In this document: positions 1-8,964 of the stretch, piece by piece
Position numbering within the stretch: the stretch's first letter is position 1
How the letters are laid out: each line of letters begins with the position of its first letter
Source: an uncultured Planctomycetia bacterium
GTDB lineage: Bacteria; Omnitrophota; Gorgyraeia; Tantalellales; Tantalellaceae
DNA length: 64,000 nucleotides
NCBI GenBank assembly: GCA_964409365.1
Contig: CAYPCX010000004.1
Span: 21,015-85,014 of the forward strand
Direction of reading: 5' to 3'
The notes under the pieces: generated by a model
Told to the model about the DNA's origin: nothing
Seen by the model: only the letters and a program-made list of their open reading frames with translations
Databases searched by the model: none
Program-made: the position numbers and the translations under genes

Positions 1-16
1 AAAAAATACCGACTGG

Positions 17-1402
17 ATGAAGAGGATAAGAAAACTGGACGATCTTGACGGTTACCTGGACGAATTGCACGCCCGTAAGCCGGGGGGGAGCTTTAAAAAG
101 AAGATCTCTTTTCTCGCTCTCCGCGACGAGGTGAGGAATTTAGCGCTTAAAGGCGGCGAAAAGCCCCTCTCGACGGATATCTACCAGCTGGTGATAATCC
201 CGGTAATGAAAGAGACGAAAGAGGTCATTGAACCCGGGATAAGGAGCCTTTACGAAGGCACGTTCCCGTCGAAGCAGATAATAGTGGCGCTCGCGCTGGA
301 AGAAAGGGCGAAAGATGAGGTCAAAAAAGGCGTAGAAGAAGTTTGCGCCTCTTACAGGGAGAGGTTCTTCGACATGTTCATAGTGGTGCATCCGGACGGG
401 ATAGCCGGCGAGGCGAAGGCCAAGGGGGCGAATACCACTTTTGCCGCAAAAAAAGCGGCGGAATACCTGACGGGAAAAGACATCCCTTACGGGAACGTCA
501 TATCTTCCTGTTTTGATTCGGATACTGTCGTTACGCCGGATTATTTCGCGGCTCTTACATATTATTACCTGACCTCTCCGGAAAGGGACCGCGCCAGTTT
601 CCAGCCGGTCCCGGTGTACAATAATAATATCTGGGATGCGCCGGGTATCACGCGTGTTCTTGAGACGGGCTCTTCTTTTTTCCAGCTCATCGAGGCCACC
701 AACCCGGAAAAATTAGTGACTTTTTCAAGTCATAGCATGAGCTTCAAGGCTCTTGTGGATGTCGGGTACTGGCCGGTGGACATGATCTCCGACGACTCGG
801 CCATATTCTGGAAAGCGTTCGTTCATTTCGACGGCCGGTACCACGTGGTACCGATGTACGCGACGCTTTCCATGGACGCGGTGGTGGCGGGCACGTGGTG
901 GCAGACCGTCATCAACGTTTATAAGCAGAAAAGGCGGTGGGCCTGGGGAGTGGAGAATTATCCTATAATAATGAGGGCTTTCCTGAAGGACAAACAAATA
1001 TCCTTTTTTGCCAAGCTGAAGCACTCTTTCAAGATGTTCGAGGGGCACATCTCATGGACCACCTGGGCGTTCCTTCTTACCATCATTGGATGGCTTCCGG
1101 CCATATTCGCGGGCAGGGCGTTCTCTCATTCTGTTTTTTATTATAGCGCGCCGCGCATAGCGGGAACGATATTTAACCTTGCTTCGTTCTCGCTTATAAC
1201 CAGCATAGTCCTCAGTTTGCTCCTTTTGCCGAAAAAGAAAGAGAGGCACCACATGTTGAAAAGGGCGGTATTCGCCTGCCAGTGGCTCCTGGTCCCGCTT
1301 ACGATAGTTTTTTTGAGCGCCCTGCCGGCCCTGGACGCGCAGACCAGGCTGATGCTGGGCAAATACATGACGTTCTGGGTGACGGATAAAGGAAGGAAAT
1401 GA
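17..1402 (+). CDS. Processive family-2 glycosyltransferase (cellulose/chitin-synthase-like); reading frame is open to window edge so may be 5'-partial
   Basis: GT-A core (LVIIPVMKE, DSD) and QKRRW (QxxRW) processivity motif followed by C-terminal TM helices; no in-frame stop between pos 2 and 17. Confidence 0.7.
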   Translation: MKRIRKLDDLDGYLDELHARKPGGSFKKKISFLALRDEVRNLALKGGEKPLSTDIYQLVIIPVMKETKEVIEPGIRSLYEGTFPSKQIIVALALEERAKDEVKKGVEEVCASYRERFFDMFIVVHPDGIAGEAKAKGANTTFAAKKAAEYLTGKDIPYGNVISSCFDSDTVVTPDYFAALTYYYLTSPERDRASFQPVPVYNNNIWDAPGITRVLETGSSFFQLIEATNPEKLVTFSSHSMSFKALVDVGYWPVDMISDDSAIFWKAFVHFDGRYHVVPMYATLSMDAVVAGTWWQTVINVYKQKRRWAWGVENYPIIMRAFLKDKQISFFAKLKHSFKMFEGHISWTTWAFLLTIIGWLPAIFAGRAFSHSVFYYSAPRIAGTIFNLASFSLITSIVLSLLLLPKKKERHHMLKRAVFACQWLLVPLTIVFLSALPALDAQTRLMLGKYMTFWVTDKGRK

Positions 1403-2511
1403 TCCAGGTTACAGGTTACAGGTTACAGGTTACAGGGGTGTGGCGGCGCAGGGTTTTTATATCTCTTGTTACCGCCGGGCTTGTATTTTTTCAGTCCGGA
1501 ACGGCGCATGCCAAGCCGCTGCGTATAGGCACGACTTTCAGCCCGCGCCAGTGCGTGTACCTGGGTATAAGCTGGAAAAAGGTCTACCTCGAGACGCTCG
1601 ATTACGGGTTCGATCTTATCCGGCTCGGCGCCTACTGGAGCGAGATAGAGAGAGCCGAAGGCGTTTATGATTTCACCATTCTGGACTGGCAGATCAAAAA
1701 GGCGAGAGAAAAAAGGATACCGGTAGTGCTTACGCTGGGAATGAAAGCGCCGCGCTGGCCCGAATATTATATACCGGACTGGGTACTGGAAAAAGTCACC
1801 CTTCCTTTGGGCATGGATGTGGCAAAAGACCCTTACCTGAGGGAGCGGACGCTCAAGTTCATCGAAAAGGTCGTGACCCGGTATAGAACGGAGAGGATCA
1901 TACTCTACTGGCAGGTGGAGAACGAGGCGCGCAACCATATCGGGACCAGATACTGGTATATCGGCAGTCATTTTCTCGGGCAGGAAGTCAGGCTGGTGCG
2001 CTCTCTCGACGGCAGAAAAAGGCCGATCATACTGACCGCGGCGACGTATCCCAACAAGATCATGCGTTTCATAGCGCGTATTTTCGTATGGCGGGACCCG
2101 TTCAAGGAATACGCGGAAATAGGCGATATTATCGGCCTGAATGTATATCCTGTAATAGGCCAGAAGATATGGCATATGGAGCGTTATTTCTTCTCCGGCG
2201 TGAAACAGCGAGAGAGTTACTACAAAGGCATTATTGATTATATAAAGGATATGGGCAAGGACGTATGGATAACGGAACTGCAGGCGGAGCCCTGGGAGCC
2301 GGGACAGTTGGTGTACAGGGCGCACGCGGTGCCGCCCACCGGGTGGCCCGAGATGACGAAGGAGTATTTCAGGGAGTTCCGCGAACTTGGGGTCGATACC
2401 ATACTTTTGTGGGGATGCGAATACTGGGCTTTCAGGAAGAAGGTGTTCGGATATGAGAAGTGGCCGGATACCGTACGCGGATTTTTGAAACAAAGGGAAG
2501 AAGTCGAATAA
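1399..2511 (+). CDS. Secreted TIM-barrel glycoside hydrolase (clan GH-A-like, GH5/GH42-type NE(A/P) acid-base motif)
   Basis: RBS ggaagga before ATG overlapping upstream stop (ATGA); signal-peptide-like RRRVFISLVTAGLVFFQSGTAHA; YWSEIE..G.YDF and WQVENEA motifs; alternative GTG start at 1438. Confidence 0.55.
   Translation: MIQVTGYRLQVTGVWRRRVFISLVTAGLVFFQSGTAHAKPLRIGTTFSPRQCVYLGISWKKVYLETLDYGFDLIRLGAYWSEIERAEGVYDFTILDWQIKKAREKRIPVVLTLGMKAPRWPEYYIPDWVLEKVTLPLGMDVAKDPYLRERTLKFIEKVVTRYRTERIILYWQVENEARNHIGTRYWYIGSHFLGQEVRLVRSLDGRKRPIILTAATYPNKIMRFIARIFVWRDPFKEYAEIGDIIGLNVYPVIGQKIWHMERYFFSGVKQRESYYKGIIDYIKDMGKDVWITELQAEPWEPGQLVYRAHAVPPTGWPEMTKEYFREFRELGVDTILLWGCEYWAFRKKVFGYEKWPDTVRGFLKQREEVE
1405..1432. 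repeat. (CAGGTTA)x4 heptanucleotide tandem array at 5' end of hydrolase gene
   Basis: perfect 7-nt period read directly; encodes VTGYRLQVTG if ATG 1399 is used. Confidence 0.9.
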
Positions 2512-2628
2512 GGGGGCGTGAAGGCGCCGCGCACCTTGCCAAAACAGTTTTTACATGATAATATTGGGGCGACTTTCAACGGCCCCCGATCGTTTCTAAA
2601 AAGTCCATATCAAAAGAAAGGAATCACA

Positions 2629-3669
2629 ATGAGAATAGGAATTATGGCCGCCTGGAACACCAACAGCGGGGTGGCCATGCATGCCGAACCCGTGGGGAAG
2701 GCCCTTATCGAGATGGGCCATAAAGTGACGGTGTTCACCTTCCACAAGAACGACTATCACGGGGAGTGGATAACAGCGAAAGATGAAAAATTCGTGAAAA
2801 GGTGTTTCGGCACAAGGACCGGCACGAACGCGCTCGATCCGCGCCCTTTCATGGAACATAAGTACGATATATTGGTGATAGAGGATATAGGCATGTTGCC
2901 GGTCGATAAGCTTAACAATATAATGTCGGTGGTCAAGAAAAAGGCGAAAGTGATACACGTGGTCCACGAGAACAAGATGTGCGATCACTCCTGGTTCTAT
3001 AAAGTAAACTTCGACCGCGTGGTCTATTTCGATCACAGGCAGGATTTCCTTAAAAAGGTTTACTCCGACGCGGTCTATATACCTTTCCCGTGCTATAAGC
3101 TGAGAAAGGGCAACAAAAAGACCGCCAGGAAAAGGCTCAACCTTCCCCTGGACAAGAAAATAATTTATTCTTTCGGACTGAGGGGATACCACTCGTATTA
3201 CCGGGACCTGCCTCCGAAACTTAAAAAAAAGGCGATCCTTTTACATGTCATTCCCAGGGGATACCAGATGCTCGAATCGCTCACACCGGAACCCTGGCGG
3301 ATCATAAGAACAGTGGGTTCCCTTTCTACGCGGGAGTTTGACGATTATCTTTTCGCTTCGGACGCCGCCATTTTTCACAAGTTCCAAAGCCGTTTTCACG
3401 CTGTGCTGTCATCCACCGTCTACCAGTCTCTCGGCACGGGGTGCCCTCTCTTCGTGCCGCAACAGTCGGATTTCTTCCACAATTTCAAGAACGAAGTGGT
3501 ACATTACAGGGATATAACCGCCCTGAACAAAAAGCTGAGCGATTACCTGGGGAGCACGCAAAAAAGGGATCGCCTTTACAAGGAGGCGGAGAAGTTCGTC
3601 ATAGCCCATTCCCCGAGGGCTATCGCCTGGGAGTTCACGAGGTTGTTCGAAGAGCTTTTAGGGCAGTAA
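2629..3669 (+). CDS. Putative GT-B fold glycosyltransferase (GT4-like)
   Basis: RBS aaagga before ATG 2629; N-terminal MRIGIMAAWNTNSGVAMH and C-terminal AS.AAIF...YQSLGTGCPLFVP resemble GT4 architecture; weak. Confidence 0.4.
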   Translation: MRIGIMAAWNTNSGVAMHAEPVGKALIEMGHKVTVFTFHKNDYHGEWITAKDEKFVKRCFGTRTGTNALDPRPFMEHKYDILVIEDIGMLPVDKLNNIMSVVKKKAKVIHVVHENKMCDHSWFYKVNFDRVVYFDHRQDFLKKVYSDAVYIPFPCYKLRKGNKKTARKRLNLPLDKKIIYSFGLRGYHSYYRDLPPKLKKKAILLHVIPRGYQMLESLTPEPWRIIRTVGSLSTREFDDYLFASDAAIFHKFQSRFHAVLSSTVYQSLGTGCPLFVPQQSDFFHNFKNEVVHYRDITALNKKLSDYLGSTQKRDRLYKEAEKFVIAHSPRAIAWEFTRLFEELLGQ

Positions 3670-3691
3670 GGGCGCAAGGTCAGCAAAAGAC

Positions 3692-4711
3692 ATGAAGATC
3701 CTCATCACCGGAGGGGCCGGGTTCATCGGGTGTAATGTCGGCAAGTTCTACCTCGAGAGGGGGGACGAGGTCATCATTCTGGACAATCTTTCCAGGAAAG
3801 GAGCTCCGTCCAATCTCGAATGGTTGAGATCCCTGGGAGACGTTCGGTTCATCAAGCAGGATATCCGTGATTTTGATGGGTTGAGGAACGCCGTGAAGGA
3901 ATGCGGCGAGGTCGACATCCTTTTCCACCTGGCCGCGCAGGTAGCGGTGACCACGTCCGTTGTAGAGCCGCGCGAAGATTTTGAAATAAACGCCCTTGGC
4001 ACGTTCAATCTACTTGAATCCGTCAGACAGAACGGCATGGACCCGGTCATCATATTCGCTTCGACTAACAAAGTCTACGGGGAAATGACGGACCTTGTCG
4101 TGGTGGAAGATGAAGGAAAATACCGCTATGCGGATATGCCTGAAGGGATACCCGAATCCAGGCAGCTCGATTTCCATTCGCCGTACGGATGCTCTAAGGG
4201 GTGCGCCGATCAGTATGCCGTGGATTATGCCAGGATATACGGCTTGAGGACCGTTTGCATGCGGCAATCATGCATTTACGGACCGAGGCAGTTCGGCGTG
4301 GAAGACCAGGGTTGGGTCGCCTGGTTCATTATAGCCACTGTGCTGGGGCATGCGCTGACCATTTACGGCGACGGAAAGCAGGTAAGGGATATACTCCATG
4401 TGCAGGACCTTGTGGAGCTTTTTCATCTCGTGTACGAGAACATAGACAGGGTCAAAGGCATGGCTTTCAACGTGGGCGGCGGAGCCGCGAACCAGATGTC
4501 GCTCCTGGAGCTGGTGGACTTTCTTGGGGAATGGTCCGGTGCAAGGTTGAACCCCGCGTTCGATGACTGGAGGCCCGGTGACCAGAAGATATATGTGAGT
4601 GACATCAACAGGGTTAAGGAATATCTCGGGTGGGAGCCCCGGATAGGAAAAGAGGAGGGCGTCCGGGCGCTATGGGACTGGGTAAAAGCAAACAGGACAT
4701 TATTTAAGTAA
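3692..4711 (+). CDS. NAD-dependent epimerase/dehydratase (SDR; CDP-paratose 2-epimerase / UDP-glucose 4-epimerase family)
   Basis: TGGAGFIG Rossmann motif, YGCSK (YxxxK) catalytic motif. Confidence 0.8.
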   Translation: MKILITGGAGFIGCNVGKFYLERGDEVIILDNLSRKGAPSNLEWLRSLGDVRFIKQDIRDFDGLRNAVKECGEVDILFHLAAQVAVTTSVVEPREDFEINALGTFNLLESVRQNGMDPVIIFASTNKVYGEMTDLVVVEDEGKYRYADMPEGIPESRQLDFHSPYGCSKGCADQYAVDYARIYGLRTVCMRQSCIYGPRQFGVEDQGWVAWFIIATVLGHALTIYGDGKQVRDILHVQDLVELFHLVYENIDRVKGMAFNVGGGAANQMSLLELVDFLGEWSGARLNPAFDDWRPGDQKIYVSDINRVKEYLGWEPRIGKEEGVRALWDWVKANRTLFK

Positions 4712-4760
4712 TTATAAACAATCCAGTTGCGCAATATTCTAACTTTTTATAAATTTTATT

Positions 4761-4788
4761 TTACAGGTTTCACGTTCTGTGATATAAT
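4761..4788 (+). promoter_or_regulatory. sigma70-like promoter (TTACAG-16-TATAAT, TG-extended) upstream of PilZ gene
   Basis: ttacag..tgtgatataat read in sequence 10 nt before ATG 4798. Confidence 0.4.
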
Positions 4789-4797
4789 ACAGGCACG

Positions 4798-5199
4798 ATG
4801 ACTGAAAGAAGGAAATGGAAAAGATACCCGATCGCCTACCCGATCGAGTGTGGGAGGGGGTGTAAGGACCCTTCTATTACATTGCGCGATATAAGTAAAG
4901 GGGGCGTCGCTTTTACTTCCGGTGAAGGTGTGCGTGAGGACGATAAGTTGGACCTGCGCATTTTCCTGAAGAACAGGATGTTCATCCTGAAAGCGATAGT
5001 GGTATACACCAAGAAGATAAAAGAGAAGATCTATAATACAGGCGTGAAGTTCTGTAACGCCCCGAAAGAGTTCCTTGCCATGCTAGAGAAAGAGATCGGA
5101 GAAATAACCGAGATCCACAGAGAAAGCAACCTTTACGAACATAAGGACATTTCTTTCAAAAAAGCTTCTGACGAATATCTTAAGAAGCCCTCCATTTAA
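4798..5199 (+). CDS. PilZ-domain c-di-GMP receptor
   Basis: RKWKR (RxxxR) and DISKGGVAF (DxSxGG) PilZ signature motifs. Confidence 0.75.
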   Translation: MTERRKWKRYPIAYPIECGRGCKDPSITLRDISKGGVAFTSGEGVREDDKLDLRIFLKNRMFILKAIVVYTKKIKEKIYNTGVKFCNAPKEFLAMLEKEIGEITEIHRESNLYEHKDISFKKASDEYLKKPSI

Positions 5200-5261
5200 G
5201 TCTTGCCGTTTTGACCGACGCTTATTTTATGGTATACTACTTCCTTGTAGGGGAGGTAATA

Positions 5262-7517
5262 GTGCCGTTTTCGGAACACGAAATAAAGCTTTTCGACCAG
5301 ATAATAAGAGACCTGGGGCTTGCCATAAAGAACAGCGTGCTGTATTCCACCGACCACCCCGTGTGCGCGCTTGCCATCAATAACCTCAAATCTTCGCTTG
5401 ACAAGTGGTTCCTGGGCAAGGACGGTTTTAATCTCGGGATATCCCAGGATGAACTTTTCCTCGATGGAGAGAACGTAAAAGAAAAGACCGAACGCTATAC
5501 CGAGATCGCGGAATATCTGCACCAGCGGGGGATAGTGTCCCTCGTTTTCCGGACGGGGCTGGACGAGAAAGGGTTAGAGGAATTTTTCGGCTTTATCAAG
5601 CAGGGCGGAAAGGAGATACGGAAAAAAGGGGGAATACGGAAGAACCTGAAAGCCATACCGCATCTTGAGATCAAAGAAGTGGATTACAGCGCGCTCTTGA
5701 CAAGCGCCAAAGGCGGCGGTAAGACCGACGAAGAAAAGATCTGGAAATTCCTTTTCGACGTGACGCAGGAAACCAAGGGAGGCGATATTCCCGAGTCGAA
5801 AGTGGAATTCATGGTGAACTTTTTCGAAAATACCGGCAACGCGGCGAAGGTCCTTAACAGGGTGTACAAGGAAGCGGTAAAGAACCTCCAGGACGAAGAG
5901 ACAGCGGAAGAGATACGCCATACGGTCGCGGAGATATGCAAGTATTTCGAAAAACGCTCCAAGCCCGAGGCGAAAAACCTCAAGGTCAAGCTTATGCATG
6001 TCGTTTCCCAGCTCCATCCGGACCTCATCAATACGCTCTTCGAGCAGACGGTGGTGGACGGCGAGACTTTCGACCTGGTGGAAGATATAACCAGGGATTT
6101 TTCGGACAGTTATATAGCCGGTTTTATCGAGACCCTTATAAGCGGGGAGGACACTTTCAACGAGAACCTGCTGAAGGTATTCGACAAGCTGGCTCCGGAC
6201 GCGCACAAGGCGGACAACGTCGTCGGGATGGTCGCGGACAAGCTTTTCCAGAAAAGGATCCTGAACCCCGACACCCTCTCCAAGCTTCAGATGTCCATCA
6301 AGGAGATATTCAGGGGCCATCCCGAAAGCAGTTTCATGACAGAGCTTTACAAAATAACGGTAGATGCCGTCGTCAACAAGAAGGTCGACACCCTCGTCTA
6401 TGTCGCGAGGCTTTCCCCTATCATAAACAAATTCGTTCAATCCATGGAGGAAGGCAAGCTGAAAAAGGAGGAGATATGGCTGCTCCTCAATATCCTCTGG
6501 CTCGAGAACGATTTTTCCGAGTTCGATAGATTCGGGCGCAAGATAGTGGATGTCCTCCCCGAGCTTCTCGACGGCCGGGAGATAGACAGGATAAAGGACA
6601 TACTGGAGTTTTTCACAGATAAGATGCGTCCCGAACAGAAAGAGGATGAAAAGATCTCGAAAGAAACACAGGAGGTGATGGAACAGATAACCACCAGGGA
6701 GATGAAGGACAGTGTTATCTCTTTCATACCTGACGCCACGCATACAGAGCTGGACGATATTACCGATATACTTAAAAGGTCCGGAGCCGGTTCGGCGAAA
6801 CAGCTTATAGACGCGTTCATTCAGGAAAAGAACCCGGCGCTCAGAAATAAATTCAGGACGGTGCTCTCCAGGATGAAAAAAGAGGTCTCGGAAGAGGTTA
6901 TAGACCGTCTGGAATACAGTGAACCGTACGTGATAAGGGACTTGTTCGGGATACTCAAGGAATACGCGCCCGAGAAGGCGCATCTGGTGGCCCTGAAACT
7001 CATAGTCCATAAGAACCCGCAGGTGCGCTGGGAAGGGCTGGAAGGATTTGAACCCGGGGATGGGGAAGAACTTGAGGCCGTTTTCAGGATGTTCAAGAGA
7101 GAAAGGGACAGGGAGGTCCAGAAAAAGGCGGCCGCGGTACTCTTGAAGACAAGGGATCCCGTTATAATCGAAAGGGTTTTCCGTTACGCGGAGAGGAGCT
7201 TCTTCAGGCCGGGGCTGCTTTTGCGGCTTGTCGAGCTTTGCGGGTATATCCGGTCACAGGAATCGTTCCCGCATCTTAAGAGGATATTCGTCAAGAGGCC
7301 GCTTATCAGCACGAAAAGAAGGGATGAGATCAGGGCGGCGGCGGTGACAAGTCTGGGCCGCCTTCACACGACACAGGCCATGGACCTCATAAAGCACGGT
7401 CTCAGGGATAAGCGGGAAAGGGTAAAAAAGATGTGCGAGATAATCCTTCTTCTCGATGAGAGGGGAGAAATAGAACAAGAGAGTAAAGAAGGTGGTGGCG
7501 ATGCCGGGAGAAGATAA
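5262..7517 (+). CDS. Large HEAT-repeat protein with N-terminal domain paralogous to the HD-GYP protein downstream (function unknown)
   Basis: GGGGAGG RBS 5 nt before GTG 5262 (ORF track begins at TTG 5211; ATG 5229 alternative); C-terminal HEAT-like repeats (NPQVRWEGLEG, DREVQKKAAAVLL, DEIRAAAVTSLGRL); overlaps next gene by 17 nt. Confidence 0.5.
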   Translation: MPFSEHEIKLFDQIIRDLGLAIKNSVLYSTDHPVCALAINNLKSSLDKWFLGKDGFNLGISQDELFLDGENVKEKTERYTEIAEYLHQRGIVSLVFRTGLDEKGLEEFFGFIKQGGKEIRKKGGIRKNLKAIPHLEIKEVDYSALLTSAKGGGKTDEEKIWKFLFDVTQETKGGDIPESKVEFMVNFFENTGNAAKVLNRVYKEAVKNLQDEETAEEIRHTVAEICKYFEKRSKPEAKNLKVKLMHVVSQLHPDLINTLFEQTVVDGETFDLVEDITRDFSDSYIAGFIETLISGEDTFNENLLKVFDKLAPDAHKADNVVGMVADKLFQKRILNPDTLSKLQMSIKEIFRGHPESSFMTELYKITVDAVVNKKVDTLVYVARLSPIINKFVQSMEEGKLKKEEIWLLLNILWLENDFSEFDRFGRKIVDVLPELLDGREIDRIKDILEFFTDKMRPEQKEDEKISKETQEVMEQITTREMKDSVISFIPDATHTELDDITDILKRSGAGSAKQLIDAFIQEKNPALRNKFRTVLSRMKKEVSEEVIDRLEYSEPYVIRDLFGILKEYAPEKAHLVALKLIVHKNPQVRWEGLEGFEPGDGEELEAVFRMFKRERDREVQKKAAAVLLKTRDPVIIERVFRYAERSFFRPGLLLRLVELCGYIRSQESFPHLKRIFVKRPLISTKRRDEIRAAAVTSLGRLHTTQAMDLIKHGLRDKRERVKKMCEIILLLDERGEIEQESKEGGGDAGRR

Positions 7518-8964
7518 AAGGCCGGAAGATACAAGACCTGACGATCTGAGAAGCCATGTGGAGGAAGCGATAGTGGCGTTTTCACGCGTCATGCAAGTGA
7601 GCGCCATGTACGGCGAAGCGCACCGGCTCACGGGAGAAGCCATAAACGACCTGTTCGTGAAGCTCGCGAGGGTCTTCATTGAAAGGGACGAGATGACAAT
7701 AGGGGTCATCGGCGACGAGATCGCTTTTGAAAAGGAACCTTTCTATGACGTAAGCGAAAGGATAAAGGGTTTTATCGACCACTTGAAGGAGATAGGGGTC
7801 AAAAAGATAAGTTTCGCCAGGGGGCTCAGCAAGGGGGAGCTTGCGGAGTTCAGCAAGGTGCTTACGATGAAGGCCGAGTTCCTCGAGAAGATGGGGGGCG
7901 TGGAAAAACTTTTCGAGCTGACGAATATACGTAATATAACGATAGGGGAACTGGGTTTTCGCAAAGGCGTGGGGGGTGAAGGACCGGAAGGAGGGCGTCC
8001 CGGCGGCGAAGCCGCGGCAATGGCCGCTATGGACGACGCGACCAAAAAGCAGTACCAGGAAGGCGTTGAGTACCTGTCGAAGACCTATAAGGAGATCAAG
8101 GGGAACCAGCCGATGAACGTCCAGTCCGCGCGGCAGATCGTGGACGGGATGATAAACAACCTCCTCAAGAACAAAAGCATGCTTCTTATGCTTACCTCTC
8201 TCCGGAGTCATGATGAAGGGGGGTTCGTTCACGGTGTCAATGTGACGATATTCACGCTTCTGCAGGCTGAGGTCCTCGGTATCGACAAGAAGTATCTTGC
8301 CGATATAGGCATGGCTTCGCTCCTGCATGACATAGGTAAGATCTCCGCTGCCGGCGAACAGGCAGGGCCGAAAGAAGAGGAGATGACGGAGGACGAAAAG
8401 TATGAAAGGTCCCAGCAGGACGTGCAGGGCGCGAAAATACTTCTCGAGATGGAAGGCATAGGCGTCCTGCCGGCGATAGCTGCCTTTGAGCATGGTATAT
8501 CGTACGACATGTCGGGGCACCCGAAGAAGCTTTACGGTAAGGACGAGCTCAACCTTGTCAGCATGATGATAGCCATATCCGAATACTACGATAAGTTGCG
8601 GACAAGCCCCGAATACCACGAAGAAGGCGGTCCCGAAAAGGCGTACGAGGATATGATGAAGCATTCCGGGACGAAATTTCACCCGGATCTTGTTAAGAAC
8701 TTCTTTTCCCTGATAGGGGTCTATCCTCCCGGAACGCTGGTCGAACTGGACACGGGAGAGATCGCGCTTGTCATCCAGGCCAGCATGCTCGATATCAAAC
8801 GCCCGCAGGTCGAAATACTCTATGACAAGAAAGGGGACAAGCTGGAAGAACCGCGCATTGTCAATCTTCTCGAGAAAGACCAGAAAGGGAAGTATAAGTG
8901 GAGCATAGTAAGATCGATATCGCCTGTAGATAAATTCAACCTTCCGGAGAAATATACCAAATGA
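7501..8964 (+). CDS. HD-GYP-family phosphohydrolase-like protein with degenerate GYP motif (GHP)
   Basis: RSHDEGGFVHGVNV...LLHDIGKI HD motifs; FEHGISYDMSGHPKKL in place of HHExxDGxGYP; RBS aaggtgg before ATG 7501. Confidence 0.7.
   Translation: MPGEDKRPEDTRPDDLRSHVEEAIVAFSRVMQVSAMYGEAHRLTGEAINDLFVKLARVFIERDEMTIGVIGDEIAFEKEPFYDVSERIKGFIDHLKEIGVKKISFARGLSKGELAEFSKVLTMKAEFLEKMGGVEKLFELTNIRNITIGELGFRKGVGGEGPEGGRPGGEAAAMAAMDDATKKQYQEGVEYLSKTYKEIKGNQPMNVQSARQIVDGMINNLLKNKSMLLMLTSLRSHDEGGFVHGVNVTIFTLLQAEVLGIDKKYLADIGMASLLHDIGKISAAGEQAGPKEEEMTEDEKYERSQQDVQGAKILLEMEGIGVLPAIAAFEHGISYDMSGHPKKLYGKDELNLVSMMIAISEYYDKLRTSPEYHEEGGPEKAYEDMMKHSGTKFHPDLVKNFFSLIGVYPPGTLVELDTGEIALVIQASMLDIKRPQVEILYDKKGDKLEEPRIVNLLEKDQKGKYKWSIVRSISPVDKFNLPEKYTK

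Noticed and set aside
5936-6529. Arg/Gly-rich 197-aa plus-strand ORF in an alternative frame inside the HEAT-protein gene
   Set aside because: It is out of frame with a gene of coherent composition and consists of low-complexity RG-rich translation typical of off-frame GC-rich sequence.
5574-7010. Long minus-strand ORFs antisense to recognised genes (e.g. 5574-7010, 8973-10346, 1423-2493, 32365-33297, 33688-34713, 34980-36311, 37578-39308)
   Set aside because: Each lies opposite a plus-strand gene with clear conserved-family motifs (HEAT/HD-GYP, HK, GH, purB, purM, purD, glyA). They have no RBS or known motifs, and the plus strand is coding throughout. They are antisense frames kept open by codon bias.
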